Shown: positions 12,207-24,639, counted from the stretch's first letter. The stretch: DNA of 64,000 nucleotides from Vicugna vicugna (GCA_013265495.1 MU062119.1:3756388-3820387), one strand, 5' to 3'. The notes: generated by a model not told the origin, from the sequence alone. A program made the numbers and translations.

Positions 12207-12318
12207 GGGGGTAGGGAGATAGCTCCGTGGTACAGCACACGCTTAGCACACGCGAGGTCCTGGGTGCAACCCCCAATACTTCCATCAAAAATAATAATAA
12301 AAATTAAAAATAAATAAT
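12207..12318 (+). mobile_element. Camelid tRNA-derived SINE (vic-1-like)
   Basis: GGGG..ATAGCTCCGTGGTACAGCACACGCTTAGCACACGCGAGGTCCTGGGTGCAACCCCCAATACTTCC + A-rich tail; A/B-box-like head. Confidence 0.85.
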
Positions 12319-14019
12319 TGTTTGAAGTGGCAGTTCCGTGCCGTCCAGCCTAATAAAGACCACCTAGTAACAGGAGCCTCTACTGGCTGAGCAGGGCGGG
12401 CGCTGTTCTCACGTGACCGAGGCAGCTGGGCCAGCCGGTCGCCACGTGTGCAGCGTGAGTGTGTGGGCAGGAGGAACTGCGACAAAGGCTTTGGAAGAGC
12501 AAGGTGACCGCGGGGAAAAGAGCCTCACTTGCAGAGAAAAAGAAATCAGCTGGGGCTGGGAGGCTGAGCCCATTTTTAAGCTAAAGATGTAGAAGGACCC
12601 ATCCCACCTTGGACTTCACAGATCCTCCTGACGTTGCTTAACCCAAAACTGGGAAACCTGACCTTTCAGGATGAGTTTGAAAGTATGAATACGGATCAGG
12701 CTAGCCACCCGTGCCGATTTCGGCCCCTTGCATGTTACAGACAGGGGAGATGTGTGCTGAGCATTTAGCCAAGAATCTACATTGTAAGTTCCTGATCTTT
12801 CTTTCCAATGAATCATAACCGTTTTCTTCCCTGCTGTTATTTCTTCCTAAAGAGCTTTGTGTTTCCGGCGCAATGTCACTGAAACCAATTAAAACACTCA
12901 AGCTGGTACCTCGCTTTTAACCCATTGCAAATCAGATTTGGTAATAATCTGATTTCAAGTCTCTTGCAGTGGGTAAAGAGGAAAACTCTCTTTTCTGTGA
13001 GATTTTGGTTTCGGTGCCTAATTAGGTTCATTCCACCATTATTGCATTTTAAAAGTAAAACATGATTTTATAATGAACAGTGAAACCACAGACGAGATGG
13101 TGTTGCAGCAGCAATCATTCAGATAAGCAAGAAAGTCATACCAGATGCTCGCCCGAGATCAGACTCAGCAGATGTTCTGATGTCTGGGGTTGTCCCAAAC
13201 ATTCCGCAGTTAAACGACTGGCCTTTCCCTCGATTCTTTACTCTGCAAAGGGAACATTAGAAATGGGAGGGCAGGGATGGGTCAGACTAATCAGAGACTT
13301 TTCCAGAATCCAACCTTGGCTGCATTTCTTTTCCAACGTAAAACGCTCTGGGCTGCTTCTTGGCAGCTCTCGACCCCACCCTCCCTCCTCTCTCCTGGCT
13401 TTCTGGTTTCTACCCTGGTGCAGATGGAGATGCTCCCCAGAGCCCTGAACTCCAGTCCTCGCCAGAGGAATGGTCCAGGCTGGCCGCTTCATCCGGCAGA
13501 TGCTCTGACCAGATCTCCAACCCAATGGGGTGGCGTCTTAATGAGGGGGACTCTTGTGGGCAGTGTTTCCTGAGACCTAGGAAGCTCCCCCTCCCCATTA
13601 CTAAGTGTACTTGCGTGAGCCCAGTTCTCTGAAAACACAGAGAAAAACTTGGCCCCAGGGCTGTGATAGCAGCCAAAGGTGCACACAGCCAGGAGTAAGC
13701 CAAGGTTGGCCAAAGCCCAGGGCAGGGAGCTGTCGGGGTGGGAGGCAGATTTAAATGTGCTCCGAACATGGGAATGTCACAATTAAAAAAAGAACAAAAT
13801 TCTGGAGCAACCAAATTCCCGTGCTTCCGTCACCCCTCCCCTCTTTCCCTGCATCTAGATTGGGATTTTACACTTTTGAAAGAAGACTTTCAAAGACCTT
13901 AAAAAAATAAAGTACATTAACTCTATGAATTTCCCTCACTGCAGATCAGTTTCATAATTATCTGTAGATTACACGATCAAATGCAGCGACACTGACCAGC
14001 TAATAGTCTTCGGGTTTGG

Positions 14020-14150
14020 CAGACGTGTTGAGCACCTACTGTGCACCAGACACCACCCTGGGTGCTGGGGAGAGAGCAGAGAATGGAACAGACCTCATGG
14101 AGTTTCCATGGAGGGAGAGGGGAGAGGACAATAAAATAAATAAGGATGGC
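14020..14150 (-). mobile_element. L2 LINE 3' end fragment
   Basis: GTTGAGCACCTACTGTGCACCAGACACC..GGGTGCTGGGGAGAGAGCAGAGAA. Confidence 0.65.
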
Positions 14151-14267
14151 GATGGGTATTTTGGAGAAAAGAGAGAAGCAAACAGAGGAAGGAGGATGGG
14201 TAATTGCAGTCCTAAACGGGGAGCAGAGCGATCTTTGCCAGATTGCCCTCCGGGTGCGCTGGGGTGG

Positions 14268-14380
14268 GTGTTACTATTTGTGCCCATTTTACCGGTGCGA
14301 GAGCTGAGCCTCAGCCGCGAGGTTGTCTAGAAAGTGGCAGGACTCAGATTCAAATCCAGATCTGCCTGACACCACTGTCC
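14268..14380 (-). mobile_element. MIR SINE fragment
   Basis: CCCATTTTACCGGTGCGAGAGCTGAG..AAGTGGCAGGACTCAGATTCAAATCCAGATCTGCCTGAC. Confidence 0.6.
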
Positions 14381-16684
14381 ATGCTCAGCTATTTTTTTAT
14401 TTCTCGGTCCGTTATGCTTTTTCCTAACCATTTAGCATGTTTTCTCACATCGTAGCTCCTCCTGCCACCACACCCCGCCCCCAGCAGAAATTATTGTTCC
14501 TTTTATTGGTGAGGACGTGGAGGCCCAAGAAGCGGTTTGCCGACGGCCCCACCAGCGCCGGGCAGCCGGCCGGGACCGGCCGCCTCTGAGCTTGCAGTCA
14601 GCAGATCCCACCAGCTCTGCCCTGCTGGGGCCGCCGGGCACATCCGACAGAGAAGGACCCTCGTCTCTGGCCAGATCCGTAAAGTGTGAGAGTGACCCCT
14701 GACATGATTTGGTCTGGAAGCTCCAGCCTGAGCCGGCCATAAAGCTGCGAGCTTAAGATTTCAGTGACAATCAGGGCGTTTATCGCAGGAAACCTTCCTT
14801 CACTGCTGTTGACAGAAACCCCTCTATGCCTCATGACCGCAGCTGTAGGTCTTGATTTGTGTTTCAAGCCTCGGGGACAGAGAAGGGGACCAGATCTGTC
14901 AAGGGTCCCTAGGAGACAGGCAGCTACCACTTCGCGTCTCTTCCACTCATCTACTTGTTTCTGTTTTTTAATTTAAAAAAAAAACAAAAACCCAGAGCTG
15001 AAGTGGCTGGCTGGAGCCCACCTGCGCTGGGCAGGGCTGGTGTGGATGAGGTGGTGTTCCCAGAGCCCCCGACTGCCGCAGGCTGGAGGAGCCTGCAGCT
15101 GGCAGGGGCCGGTGCCCTTGGCCGTGGGGAGCCTGAGGCTTTTCTCCAGACGGCTTACCAAGGCCTAAGCCAGCCTCCACACAGAGGTTTCCTGGGGGAG
15201 GCTTTCCTCCTTTCACAAGTGTGTTCAAGTACACTCCCCCCCTTTTTTTAATTAGGAAAAGAATAGATGCTTGTTTTAACAAACTCAACCAACACAGGTG
15301 GATACAAACCAAAGGCACCTGTTTCCCTCTCCTCATCCCACGTCCTGCAGGGAGACCAGGTGGGAGACGCGGGGATAACACCCAGCATCTTCCAGTGTCG
15401 GTTTTGTCTTGTGCTTTCTTTACAGAAAGGGGATTGCTGTGTACACATTACTCTCCAACTTGATTTTCACTTACTCATTTACCATGGATAGTTCTCAAAG
15501 TCAGTATGAAAATTTAGTCTTTCCCAGGTGACTGGAGCTACGTAGCGACCCATCCTGTCAATGCAGGTTTTAAAAATCAATCCTCTTCTTCAGGCACTGA
15601 GACTCGTATCACTCTGCCCACCTCACCTTTTGCTTTGGCTTCCAGGAAGCCCAGGCTGAATTCCACTTCGGCGGACGTCATTAGTTCCCTCCTCTGTTCT
15701 CTCCTGGCATCAGTGGGCGGCACTACCCCCAGCCTTGCACTTGGTAACACCAGAGTTATTCTGCACGTGTCTCCGACCTGCTCTAGATGCCAAGCTTCTT
15801 GGAAGCAGGAGGCGTGTGCTTTCTCCCTCTGCCCTGTGCCCAGATACGCACCACGGTTTGTGTTTGAGGCTCAGTGATGGTGATGGTACCTGGAGTGTCC
15901 AGTATCCTCTGTCCCCCTGTGCTTTTCACTGGATTTTGTTCTGTTAGAATTGTTCAATTATTCTGATTGCTCTTCTGCTTTGTTTTAAAGGGAATGTTAA
16001 ATCATGTGGTGTTTCTATTGGACAAAAACAGGTTGACCAAACGCAGCAACATGAAGGGAGGAAATAGATCACAGAAACGACTCTGAAAGCATTTGAAATG
16101 ATCCTGATGTCAGGACAGCCTGAGCAGAGAGGGGCCTGATCAGGGTGATTAAATGACGATTTATGCAAGGGACTGTTGGCACCTCCCACCTGCCAGACCC
16201 TGTGTTAGGTGATTAATAGGACAGACCGGCGCCCTTCCACGACAGGGGTCTCCCTCGGTCTCCATCCTGGGGCATCAACCTTGACAGGGGGAGTGCAGGG
16301 AAGCATGTTGCTTTTACCCAGGTCATTTGGGGGGACTTTGGCGAGCTCCTGGTGGAAAGTGGGAGGTCACCAGCGCCCACGGAGCTTGGAGACCAGCAGG
16401 GGAAATTGCACTGGGAAACTGTCCCGACACCGAAGCCCCGAACAGCAGGGTGGACAGTCTCTCTCTGAACAAGCTCGCCTCTGTGGAGGAGACCTGGGGG
16501 CAGTGTCTGCCCAGAGCCACCACTCTCGGCCCCTTTCTCTGCAACCACCCCTTTCCAGGAGCTGCTTCTATCCATTGCACCTCACCCCGGGCATCAACAG
16601 CCCAGCTGCACCACAGACTTCCTTCCTCCTTGGCAGGTCACCCACAGCCATGCGGTACCCCGTCAGTGACATGAAGGCCATGGT

Positions 16685-16773
16685 GCCCAGTGATACCCAG
16701 AGATGCCCAGTGATGTCTGATGGTGACTGTAGTGCCCAAAGATTCTCAGTGGAGTCCAGTGATGCCCGGTGGG
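16685..16773 (+). repeat. Degenerate 10-bp minisatellite (GCCCAGTGAT)~9
   Basis: gcccagtgat/acccagagat/gcccagtgat/gtctgatggt/gactgtagt/gcccaaagat/tctcagtgga/gtccagtgat/gcccggtggg. Confidence 0.6.
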
Positions 16774-18304
16774 AAGGGCCCCTTCCACGGCCCCAGCACC
16801 AGCCCACTCTGGGCGCACTTCCCTGGCCACACAGCCGGGAAGACTCCAGGCTCTCTGCCCCCTCACCTCCCTCAGATCTTCCCCACTCGAGCCCCACGTG
16901 CCCCTTACCTGCCCCGCCCTCGTGCTCCAGCGTTTCCACCCGGCTCATGCTTGTGGACAGTTGTCATTACTCCAAGCCATCCGTGTTTAGCTCTCGTAAA
17001 GCCTTCCTGACAAATCCGTTCAGCTCCTTCCTTAATCATCCTGTTGCAATTCTCTAAACAACCTCCAATTTGTTGACATCTCCAGGATGTGCAGCCAAGA
17101 GCTGTGCACAGAGTCCAGGTGCAGTTTCAACAGCCCCAGATAAGGAGGGGCTGGGGGGCAGCGACCCCACCCCGGGCCGAGTCCACACGGACAAAGGCAA
17201 GGGGAAGGGGGCCAGCCACCCCAGTAATTTTCACCCGTGCAGATGGCAGTGTGGAAGATGCCACCTGGCCTCCAAGTTCAGATAGTTTTATTAAGCCCTC
17301 GCTTACGATTCAGTGGCTGCATGTTCATTGTAGGAAAAACGAGAATCCATGCGCGCAGAAAGAACAAGAGGGCAAGACGTCTGCAACGCCAAGCCGCAGA
17401 CCCAGCCGGCGCCGGCGCCGGGCCCCACAGCCAGCCCTGGGCCGGGGAGAGTGCGCAGATCCCGGCGTCAAGCACCTGGGTCCAGGGCGCTGCAGCTCTA
17501 TCTGCCTCAGTTTCCTCATCCTGAACGGGCTCTCACTAGAGTCCCGGTGCTGCTCCTGACTCAGACGTGACCAGACGACCTGACGCAGCGGAGCTGCAAG
17601 AACCACGTCCCACGCTCCTGGGTCCGCGATCTTCCCTCCTTCCGGCACGTTCCCTGAGCAGCCATCCTTCTAAAAACTGGATTATGCTATTTATAGTGTC
17701 TCCCTCAACTTGCTTTTTAAAAATCTTACAGCATACTGTGGACTTTTTATGTCCATAAAGACTCTTCCTCAAATTATATTTAACAGCACAGGATGTTCCA
17801 GAGTCTGAAGGCAGCGCGCTGGGTAACACTTTCTATATTGTTGGATTCTTAGGTTTTGACAACTACGGAAGGCTCTGGTGGCCATCTCCGCAGCCAGAGC
17901 TGTGCCCACGCCTCACTTAGGACCCCAGGGCCGTGCCTGGAAACGCAGGCACGTGACCGAACACACTGCCAAACCGCCCTTCCAGAAGGTTCCACCCACC
18001 CGTACACCCCAGCAGCGCAGGAATGTGTCCGTCTCGGTGACAGACTTTTGAGAGCCTGATTTCCCCATATCTGGGCTGCACATTAGAACACACAGATTTT
18101 TTAAAAGAAAAGTATTTTTTCAGTAACTCCCCAGGAGGGTATAGAGGGCATTCCAGCCTGACAACCACCCAGGAGGTAACTTGCTCGCTCACGCACGCCC
18201 TGTCCATGCGGTCAGTGAGGGTCCGTGGAGCGTCCACCGGGAGACAGACCCTTTTGCGAACACTGGGGACACAGCAGGAGGAGACCCTGTGTTCGTGGAG
18301 TTTA

Positions 18305-18535
18305 CTCCTTTTTTTTTCCAGTTGTGGTGCAGTTGATTTACAATGTTGTGTAAGTTTCTGGTGTACGGCGCAGTGACTCAGTTGTACATATATGTTCCTT
18401 TTCATATCCTTTCTCATCCTAGGCCTTGCAAGGCACTGAATACAGTCCCCGTGCTGTGCAGTGGGACCTTGTTGTCTATCTGTTTTGTGTCTAGCAGTTA
18501 GTATCTGCAAGTCCCCAACTCCCAACTTTACATTC
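18305..18535 (-). mobile_element. LINE-1 3' end (younger L1, L1MA9/artiodactyl-like), 5'-truncated
   Basis: Poly-T then AGTTGATTTACAATGTTGTGTAAGTTTCTGGTGTAC..GTGACTCAGTT..ACAGTCCCCGTGCTGTGCAGTGGGACCTTGTTG. Confidence 0.85.
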
Positions 18536-19214
18536 TGGACTTGGAAACTAGACAGCCAGCCGACACCCACGCACTGTGTTGGGGGAGAGGGTCGTCTTGC
18601 GTCGTGCGTGTGATTTCCGACTCCTGCGCCAGCCTGCAGCAGCCAGCCTGCAGCAAGAGGGGGGCCACGGCCTGGAGGATGAGGCCCTCAGGAGTCACTG
18701 GGGCCGGAGCTAAGGGAGCAGGGCCCAGCCTGCTTCGGGCTGGGGGGCCGGCCGGTCGCCACTCTCCTCCTTCCCGGTGGTGGTTCGAGGTGAGATCAAG
18801 GACCAAGTCCTGCCAAGCACAGGTGCCCCCGCTCATCACTGGCCCACTGAGAGTGGGAGGCGGTGGGAGGGCCTCTCTGGGAAGCAGCACAGGCCGTCTG
18901 TGCACCCCCTGCAGAGCAGCGGCACCAGGACGCGCTGCCGGCACCTCCTCTCCGCCCCCTCCACCCACTGCGACAATGCATTCCTCCCAAGATGGGTCCA
19001 GGTTGCTGCCAAGCCAGGACTCATGGGCCTGGTCTGACGGGCGTTTTTCACCAACCAACCCCACCCCACAGCGCGGGTCACAGGGTGCCTGTGGCAGAGT
19101 CGCTCATTCACTGGTTGGTTCATTCGTTCAGTCTTTTCTCCGCTGCTGCAAACCCAGGCCAGCAGACCGGTGCTCGTCTAGGCTTTCTTGGCTGGTCCCC
19201 ACAGAGCTGGGGCC

Positions 19215-19280
19215 AGAACTTTGGCCCAGCACAGTGCTGTGCACCCAGCAGGTGCTCAGTACACGTGTGTTGGTTGTCGG
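19215..19280 (+). mobile_element. L2 3' terminal fragment
   Basis: GCACAGTGCTGTGCACCCAGCAGGTGCTCAGTACACGTGTGTTGG. Confidence 0.5.
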
Positions 19281-20287
19281 GGGAATCAATTCATCTTGCC
19301 TGGACCCTGAGCGTGGTGGAACCCGTTCCTGCGCCAGGTGCCGGCTCAGGCTGGGGACCAAAGACAAAGGAAAGGTTTGGTGACCGGGTGGGGTGAGCCG
19401 AGGGGAGAACACGCGTCTGGTTCAGGACCAGGCTTGGCAGGGACCTTGGGCCTTGCCTGCAGGACGTGGGGGCTTTCCGAGCCATCAGTGTGAGCAAAAG
19501 CTTGACTGTTCTCACAAGGAGCGAAGACGCAGCTGTGTCACTCGTGCTAGGGCTCCAGTGACACAGTGAAGGTGCTGTCCTTCAGGAGTCTGGAGGAGCA
19601 GAGACCACAGGCTGCTCAAACAATTTGCACTGAGTGGTTGTCCACCGCCCAGCTCAGGAGGAAGTCGCCCTTTCATAAAACCTGCTTGGGTTCCTTAAAC
19701 TGCAGTGCGTCTGAACCGTGGGGAGCTTGGTCACAAGGGGCAGGGGGATCCTGGCCTTTGCCTGGGAGCTGCAGAGCAGCCTGGGAGTCCCAGATACTGA
19801 TGCCAGCTCTTGGGGGTTCCCACTCTGGGAGGCACGCCAGTCAGACCCCCAGTGCTGCGTGGACAGGCGGGGAGTCTCCAGAAAGGCTAGTTCTTGCCTT
19901 TGAATGTTCACGTCGACTTGTGCTCGACCGTCGAAGCAGCAGCAGTTTCCACGTGGCTGGGCATCAGCTGCGGGTGCCCAGGGCCCGTGAGGCAGGAGAG
20001 ATGTTTTGCCAGAAGAAAGTTGACTATTCCTAAGGACGTGCAAGGTTCTTCCTTTTCCCCACAGTGTGTCCCTCTCTCATAAGCGAGCGACTTGTGCGTT
20101 TTGGGACTGGATAGGATTGAACAGAGCCAAGGCCAGGGCTGCCCGGATTTCCCATTTCCAGAGGAAGCCTAACGTGGTCACATGGGCGGCGGTGGGGCTC
20201 CAGGGCTCAGGATGCTGGCAGCCTGGAGACCATGGTGAGAGCACAGGGACTTGGGCCTGGAGCTGGTGCGTCATACAGCGAGGGGGG

Positions 20288-20470
20288 ACCAATGGACAGA
20301 GAGACACCCGAAAGAGGGGTGGGGAGAGAGAAACTGAAGGAAGAGAGAAGAGGGGGAGTAGGGAGGGTGGGGAAGCTCACATGCAGACAGACAGACAGAG
20401 ACAGTCGGAGCAGAAGCGGAAAGAGAAACAGATGGAAGGAGAGAACAGGGCAGAGCCAGAGAGAGACCAC
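20288..20470 (+). repeat. GA-rich low-complexity tract
   Basis: Strongly purine-skewed GAGA/GACA/GGAG sequence. Confidence 0.7.
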
Positions 20471-21499
20471 AGAACGGTGGTCAGCCCTTCCTGGCCTTCG
20501 TCCGTGAGCTGCTCACGTTTCCTCTCCCCGCTGTGTCTGTCCCCACATGTGGCAGGTCCTCAGGCTGCAGCCCCCGTCATCCTGTGTAGACAATAGGAGC
20601 GCAACCCTGAGAAATGCAGCCTTTGTAGATTTTTGCAACCTTCTGAGGAAGTTTCCACGGGCAGCTCCATCCAACAGCATCCAGCTTGCCTGTCAGCATT
20701 GCTTTAAAAACCCTGGGGCCACTGCTTGAATCCACCCACACGGATTTGGGGGACCCAGACCCTGGCTCTTCACCCCAGAGCCTTGGACGTAGCAAGAGAA
20801 CCTGGCATCCCATGGGTTTCCAGTGGGACCACCTGGGTGGACGAGGGGTGCAGTCCCCCATCCCAGGTCAGGGGCCCCCACAGCTCCTGGGACAGAGGGG
20901 GGCCTCGGCGAGTTATTAGTATAGTGCGACTCTTTGGGGTCTTTTTGGGAGGAGACACCCAAAGAGCCACCTTTTGCAGACACGGACAACGGAGCCAGAG
21001 GGCTCATGGGTTTCCGCTAACTGGACATAAAGCCAGCATCTGTGGGAAACCGCCCTCGCCGCCACCTGCCCTGGGGCGCGCAGGGGCTCCGCCACGGGAG
21101 TGCCAGCTCAGCGCAGGCGCCGCGCGCCCCGAGAAGGCCTTGGAGGCTGGCGCAGCCAGAACACTGAGGCTGGGGCAGGTATGGGCCAGTCGGCGTGAAT
21201 GGGCTGGGATGCTGAGGAAGGGGAAGGGGGGGAGAGAGGAGGGAGGCAGAACTTGATGTACAAGCCGCACTTGGGAAAAAACACCTCTGCTCAGTTTTCC
21301 CCGAAATATCCCAGGAGCCAACAGCGAGGTGCTCCTCCGTGTCTGAACAGCCCCGCAAACCCTTCGTTAGCTCTGCGAAGTGGCGGGATGAGACTCGGTA
21401 TGCCTGCCGTCCCTTCCTGCGCTGACACTCTGGAATTCCGTGAAGTCACCCCGACCCCGGGTCACACTCAGGCTAGCGACACCCAGCGAACGCTGCCCT

Positions 21500-21870
21500 G
21501 TGTGTGCACTGCACCAGCAGCGAATGAATATTATTTCATTGCAAGAACAAATCATTATTATTGCCCAGTGGAGGGCCGACGGGGCCCGAGGGTTATTGAA
21601 AACATACTTCCGAGGGCTATGAGCTCCCAGACGTGGATCGCTTCTCCGGGCAGCCGAGCCTGGAGAAATCCACTTTTAATTACCAATCGGCATTGACTTA
21701 ATGCACCATAGCTGTCTTATCACATTTAAAGAACTTGTCTACTTAAGATATTTAATTTAAAGTGATATCCTTAATTTCCTCATGGTTTCCAAAGTTTACG
21801 TTAACTTTAACCTGCTAGTTTGCAAATGCACTCTCTCTTTGATTACCTCAAGTCAAATTCTACACGTTTA
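21500..21870. promoter_or_regulatory. AT-rich non-repeat block, candidate conserved non-coding element/enhancer
   Basis: Abrupt AT-rich island in GC-rich flanks with TAATTA, CCAAT, TTATC, GTTAACTTTAAC and CTTTGAT motifs; no repeat signature recognised. Confidence 0.35.
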
Positions 21871-22864
21871 GCCCCAGTTACTTCAGGGGTGATACCCAAG
21901 CTCGGCTTTATCAGCACTGCCTGGTCCTCCCACACCTGAGTGATAACAGGCCCGAGCGTCAGGCCAGGGCTTCAAACACACAACGGCTACGCTGCCCGCT
22001 GACCCTGACCTGACCTAGCACCTGGCACAGGGGAAGGTCTAAATGCATCCCCCCTGGTGTTCACCCAGAACCTAGGGGGCGGGTGCCATCGTTCAGCCAC
22101 TTGCCCAGGAGGAGGGTGAGGCCCTGGTCACACAGCTGCCCTTTTAAATGTGGTGCCCACCTGGACAGACGTCATGCCGTGGCCCCGGCACAGGGCACAC
22201 TGGAGAATACCCAGCACTGCCAAAGTGTGGCCAGCAATCGGTCACGTGGGCCTTCGGGGGTGGGGTGGGGAAGATCTGGCAGCATCCCGCCCCAACTCTG
22301 CAGACAAGCACACCCACGCCCAGGACGCCTGCCTTGCCCAGGTCACTTAGCCAGAGGCCGTGTCCACTTGGGAATGTCTGAGGCCAGCATCCGAGCCCCA
22401 CCATGCCCCTGTCTCCGGGTGGGCGCAGTCCTTCTCATGCTCCTGCCAGTGGGGCCACTGGAGACGGGCAGGACTGGGCCTGGGAGGCTGCTGCGCTGGC
22501 CAGAGGGGCAGGACGGGTCTCCCCTTTGAATTTGACAGCAGAGTCCGAGGGCTCAAGACCCACCAGTGCCGCCGCCCGATGCTGTGGCAACGCCCCCCGT
22601 CTGCACCTGGCGCAGCCCCAGGGCCGGGGCAGCAGCCAAGCGCCAGCACGCGTTGTCTCTACACGTGGGGTATCTGACTTGCCGGAGTCGTACGAGTTCA
22701 TCACGGTTTATCTGACTGGCCATCGTCATCCCCTTGCCCGAGTATCTTCTGGTTCGTTCTGTGTAAACTTCTGTGAACAGATGATTTTTTAAATTTTAGA
22801 TGAGGAAAATTAGTTTTACTTTTAGGTGTGTGACTCTATGCAGAAGAGCGTGACATAGCAGGAT

Positions 22865-23115
22865 TACAGCACAGTGAGTGACTAAGAGCATCGATCTGGG
22901 GCTGAGCAGCTGGGTCTGGTCCACCGCTCACAAGCCCGGGCGCCTGAGACCAGCTGTGAGCCTTTTCCTGTGCCTCCGTCTCTTCCTCTGCCGGGCGGGG
23001 GTCACGAGAGCTACACGGTAGGGCTGTCGTGAGGACTGGATGAGCTCTGTGTGGGTGCTTACCGACTCCCTGATCTTAGTGACTGTCACGTCAGCGTGCG
23101 GCTTATTATTATTAT
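22865..23115 (+). mobile_element. Near full-length, GC-shifted MIR SINE
   Basis: GAGTGACTAAGAGCA..CCTGTGCCTCCGTCTCTTCCTCTG..TAGGGCTGTCGTGAGGACTGGATGAG..TTATTATTATTATT. Confidence 0.6.
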
Positions 23116-23126
23116 TAATTAGTCAA

Positions 23127-23272
23127 GGGGGAGCGTATAGCTCAGTGACAGAGCACACGCTTAGCATGCTCTGTCCTGGGTCCAATCTCCAGTACTTATC
23201 TTTAAAATTTAAATAAATAGATAAATCTAATTACCTCCCCCCTGAAAAAAAATTTTTTAAGATATGTAAATA
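23127..23272 (+). mobile_element. Camelid tRNA-derived SINE (vic-1-like) with probable TSD
   Basis: GGGGGAGCGTATAGCTCAGTGACAGAGCACACGCTTAGCATGC..GTCCTGGGTCCAATCTCCAGTAC..TAAATAAATAGATAAATCTAATTACCTCCCCCC; flanks TAATTAGTCAA / TAATTAATCAA. Confidence 0.9.
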
Positions 23273-24639
23273 ATAATTAATCAACAAGAATACTGCATTA
23301 TGCCAGGATTCTGGACAAACACGGTCTCAAAAATCAGAACCCTCGTGCAGGGCTGGTGAGGCTATGAAACGGAGCCCTGCCTAAGGAACTTCCTTCCAGA
23401 TACCTGAAGTCCTCAGAGTGTGTGGCTGTCTCAGTTCCGCGGCTAGGTAGCGGGTTTTCTCCTTTTCTGAACAATGGATTCCATTTAGAATACGAAACTG
23501 TAACATAAATGACTCCCAGACTTGGAGTCAGGAAAATCAAGTCATATTTCTTTCATCCATTCTTCTCAAAGTATCCAGCCACCGACCTTTATCCCAGCAT
23601 TCTGTTTGCATCTCAGGATCTTCCACGACAACTCATGAGACACTTCCTCACAAGTGAGGTACAGAGCGTGCCCTGGCGGGAGCCGGATCCAGAACATTTC
23701 TGTGCTTTATTTCCTTTTCTGTGAGGCAGGCACCCCAATTTAGAGGTGGAGAAACTGAGGTTTTCAGGAGTTTGGTGGATTTTCCAAGGGCACACGTGGA
23801 GCCTGGGTGCTGCGGCTGGGCCTGCCACGACAAGGGAGTGAGGTTACTGAATCTCAGAGACGGGCCTGCGTGCTAATGTTTCATGGAGCGAAAGGAGTCG
23901 TGTCACTCTTGATCCCATCAGACAGCTCACAAGGATGGAACCGCGCAGGAGAAGCACGAGTGACTGTTTTCGCTCTCCCCTGACCAAGGCTGTGCCCACT
24001 TGTAGCTCTTTTAAGCATGCTAAACATGCATTGCGGATTTACACAACTTGTAAAATCATCTGAAACTTTTGGGGGGGGGTTGGGGAACTCCTTCCTCTGT
24101 GATGGACTCAATGTCTTAAGTTTCTGAGAGAATTTTATAGTTTCTCAACTTTAGCAAAAACAAACATTTTCCCTGTTGAATGTCAACAGAGAGTGCTCAA
24201 AAAAAAAGTTTTGTGATCTTCCTAGAATTATGGATTGAAGGGATTCCAGGATAATTTTGGAGTTGGGTCACAGAGGAGCCTGTTAATTAACCCTGAGACC
24301 TGAGAATTCCTGAGGGGCTCAGTAAGGGCTGAGGGGCTGGGAACCCCTGAAGTTTGCGTGGACTCCGGGATTGCCCTCTCCAGCGCAGGCTCCATGCTTC
24401 CTTTCCTCTCGTTCTCCACGCAGCTCCTGACTCACAGACACAGAAAACAGACCACCCTTAACCCCCTCCCAGCAGGGGCGCCACTCACCACCACCCCTAG
24501 CAAGCATGTCCCAGACTTAGCTGGGGACCCCGCCTTGAGTCTCACAAGGAAAGGGGCTGGCCACTCCCCTTCCTCTGGGCACTATAGGGTCAATATTTGG
24601 AATCCACCAGGAAGTAGGTACTTGGGTTAACAAAAAATG

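Noticed and set aside
12207-12290. tRNA-like sequences at 12207, 23127 and 53700
   Set aside because: A-rich tails, diverged stems and multiple dispersed copies identify them as tRNA-derived SINEs, not tRNA genes.
16209-17057. 282-aa ORF, longest in the window
   Set aside because: Runs through a 10-bp-period minisatellite and an L2-like fragment; no protein similarity recognised.
18541-19383. 280-aa ORF
   Set aside because: Low-complexity GC-driven translation, overlaps L2 remnants, multiple long overlapping frames on both strands.
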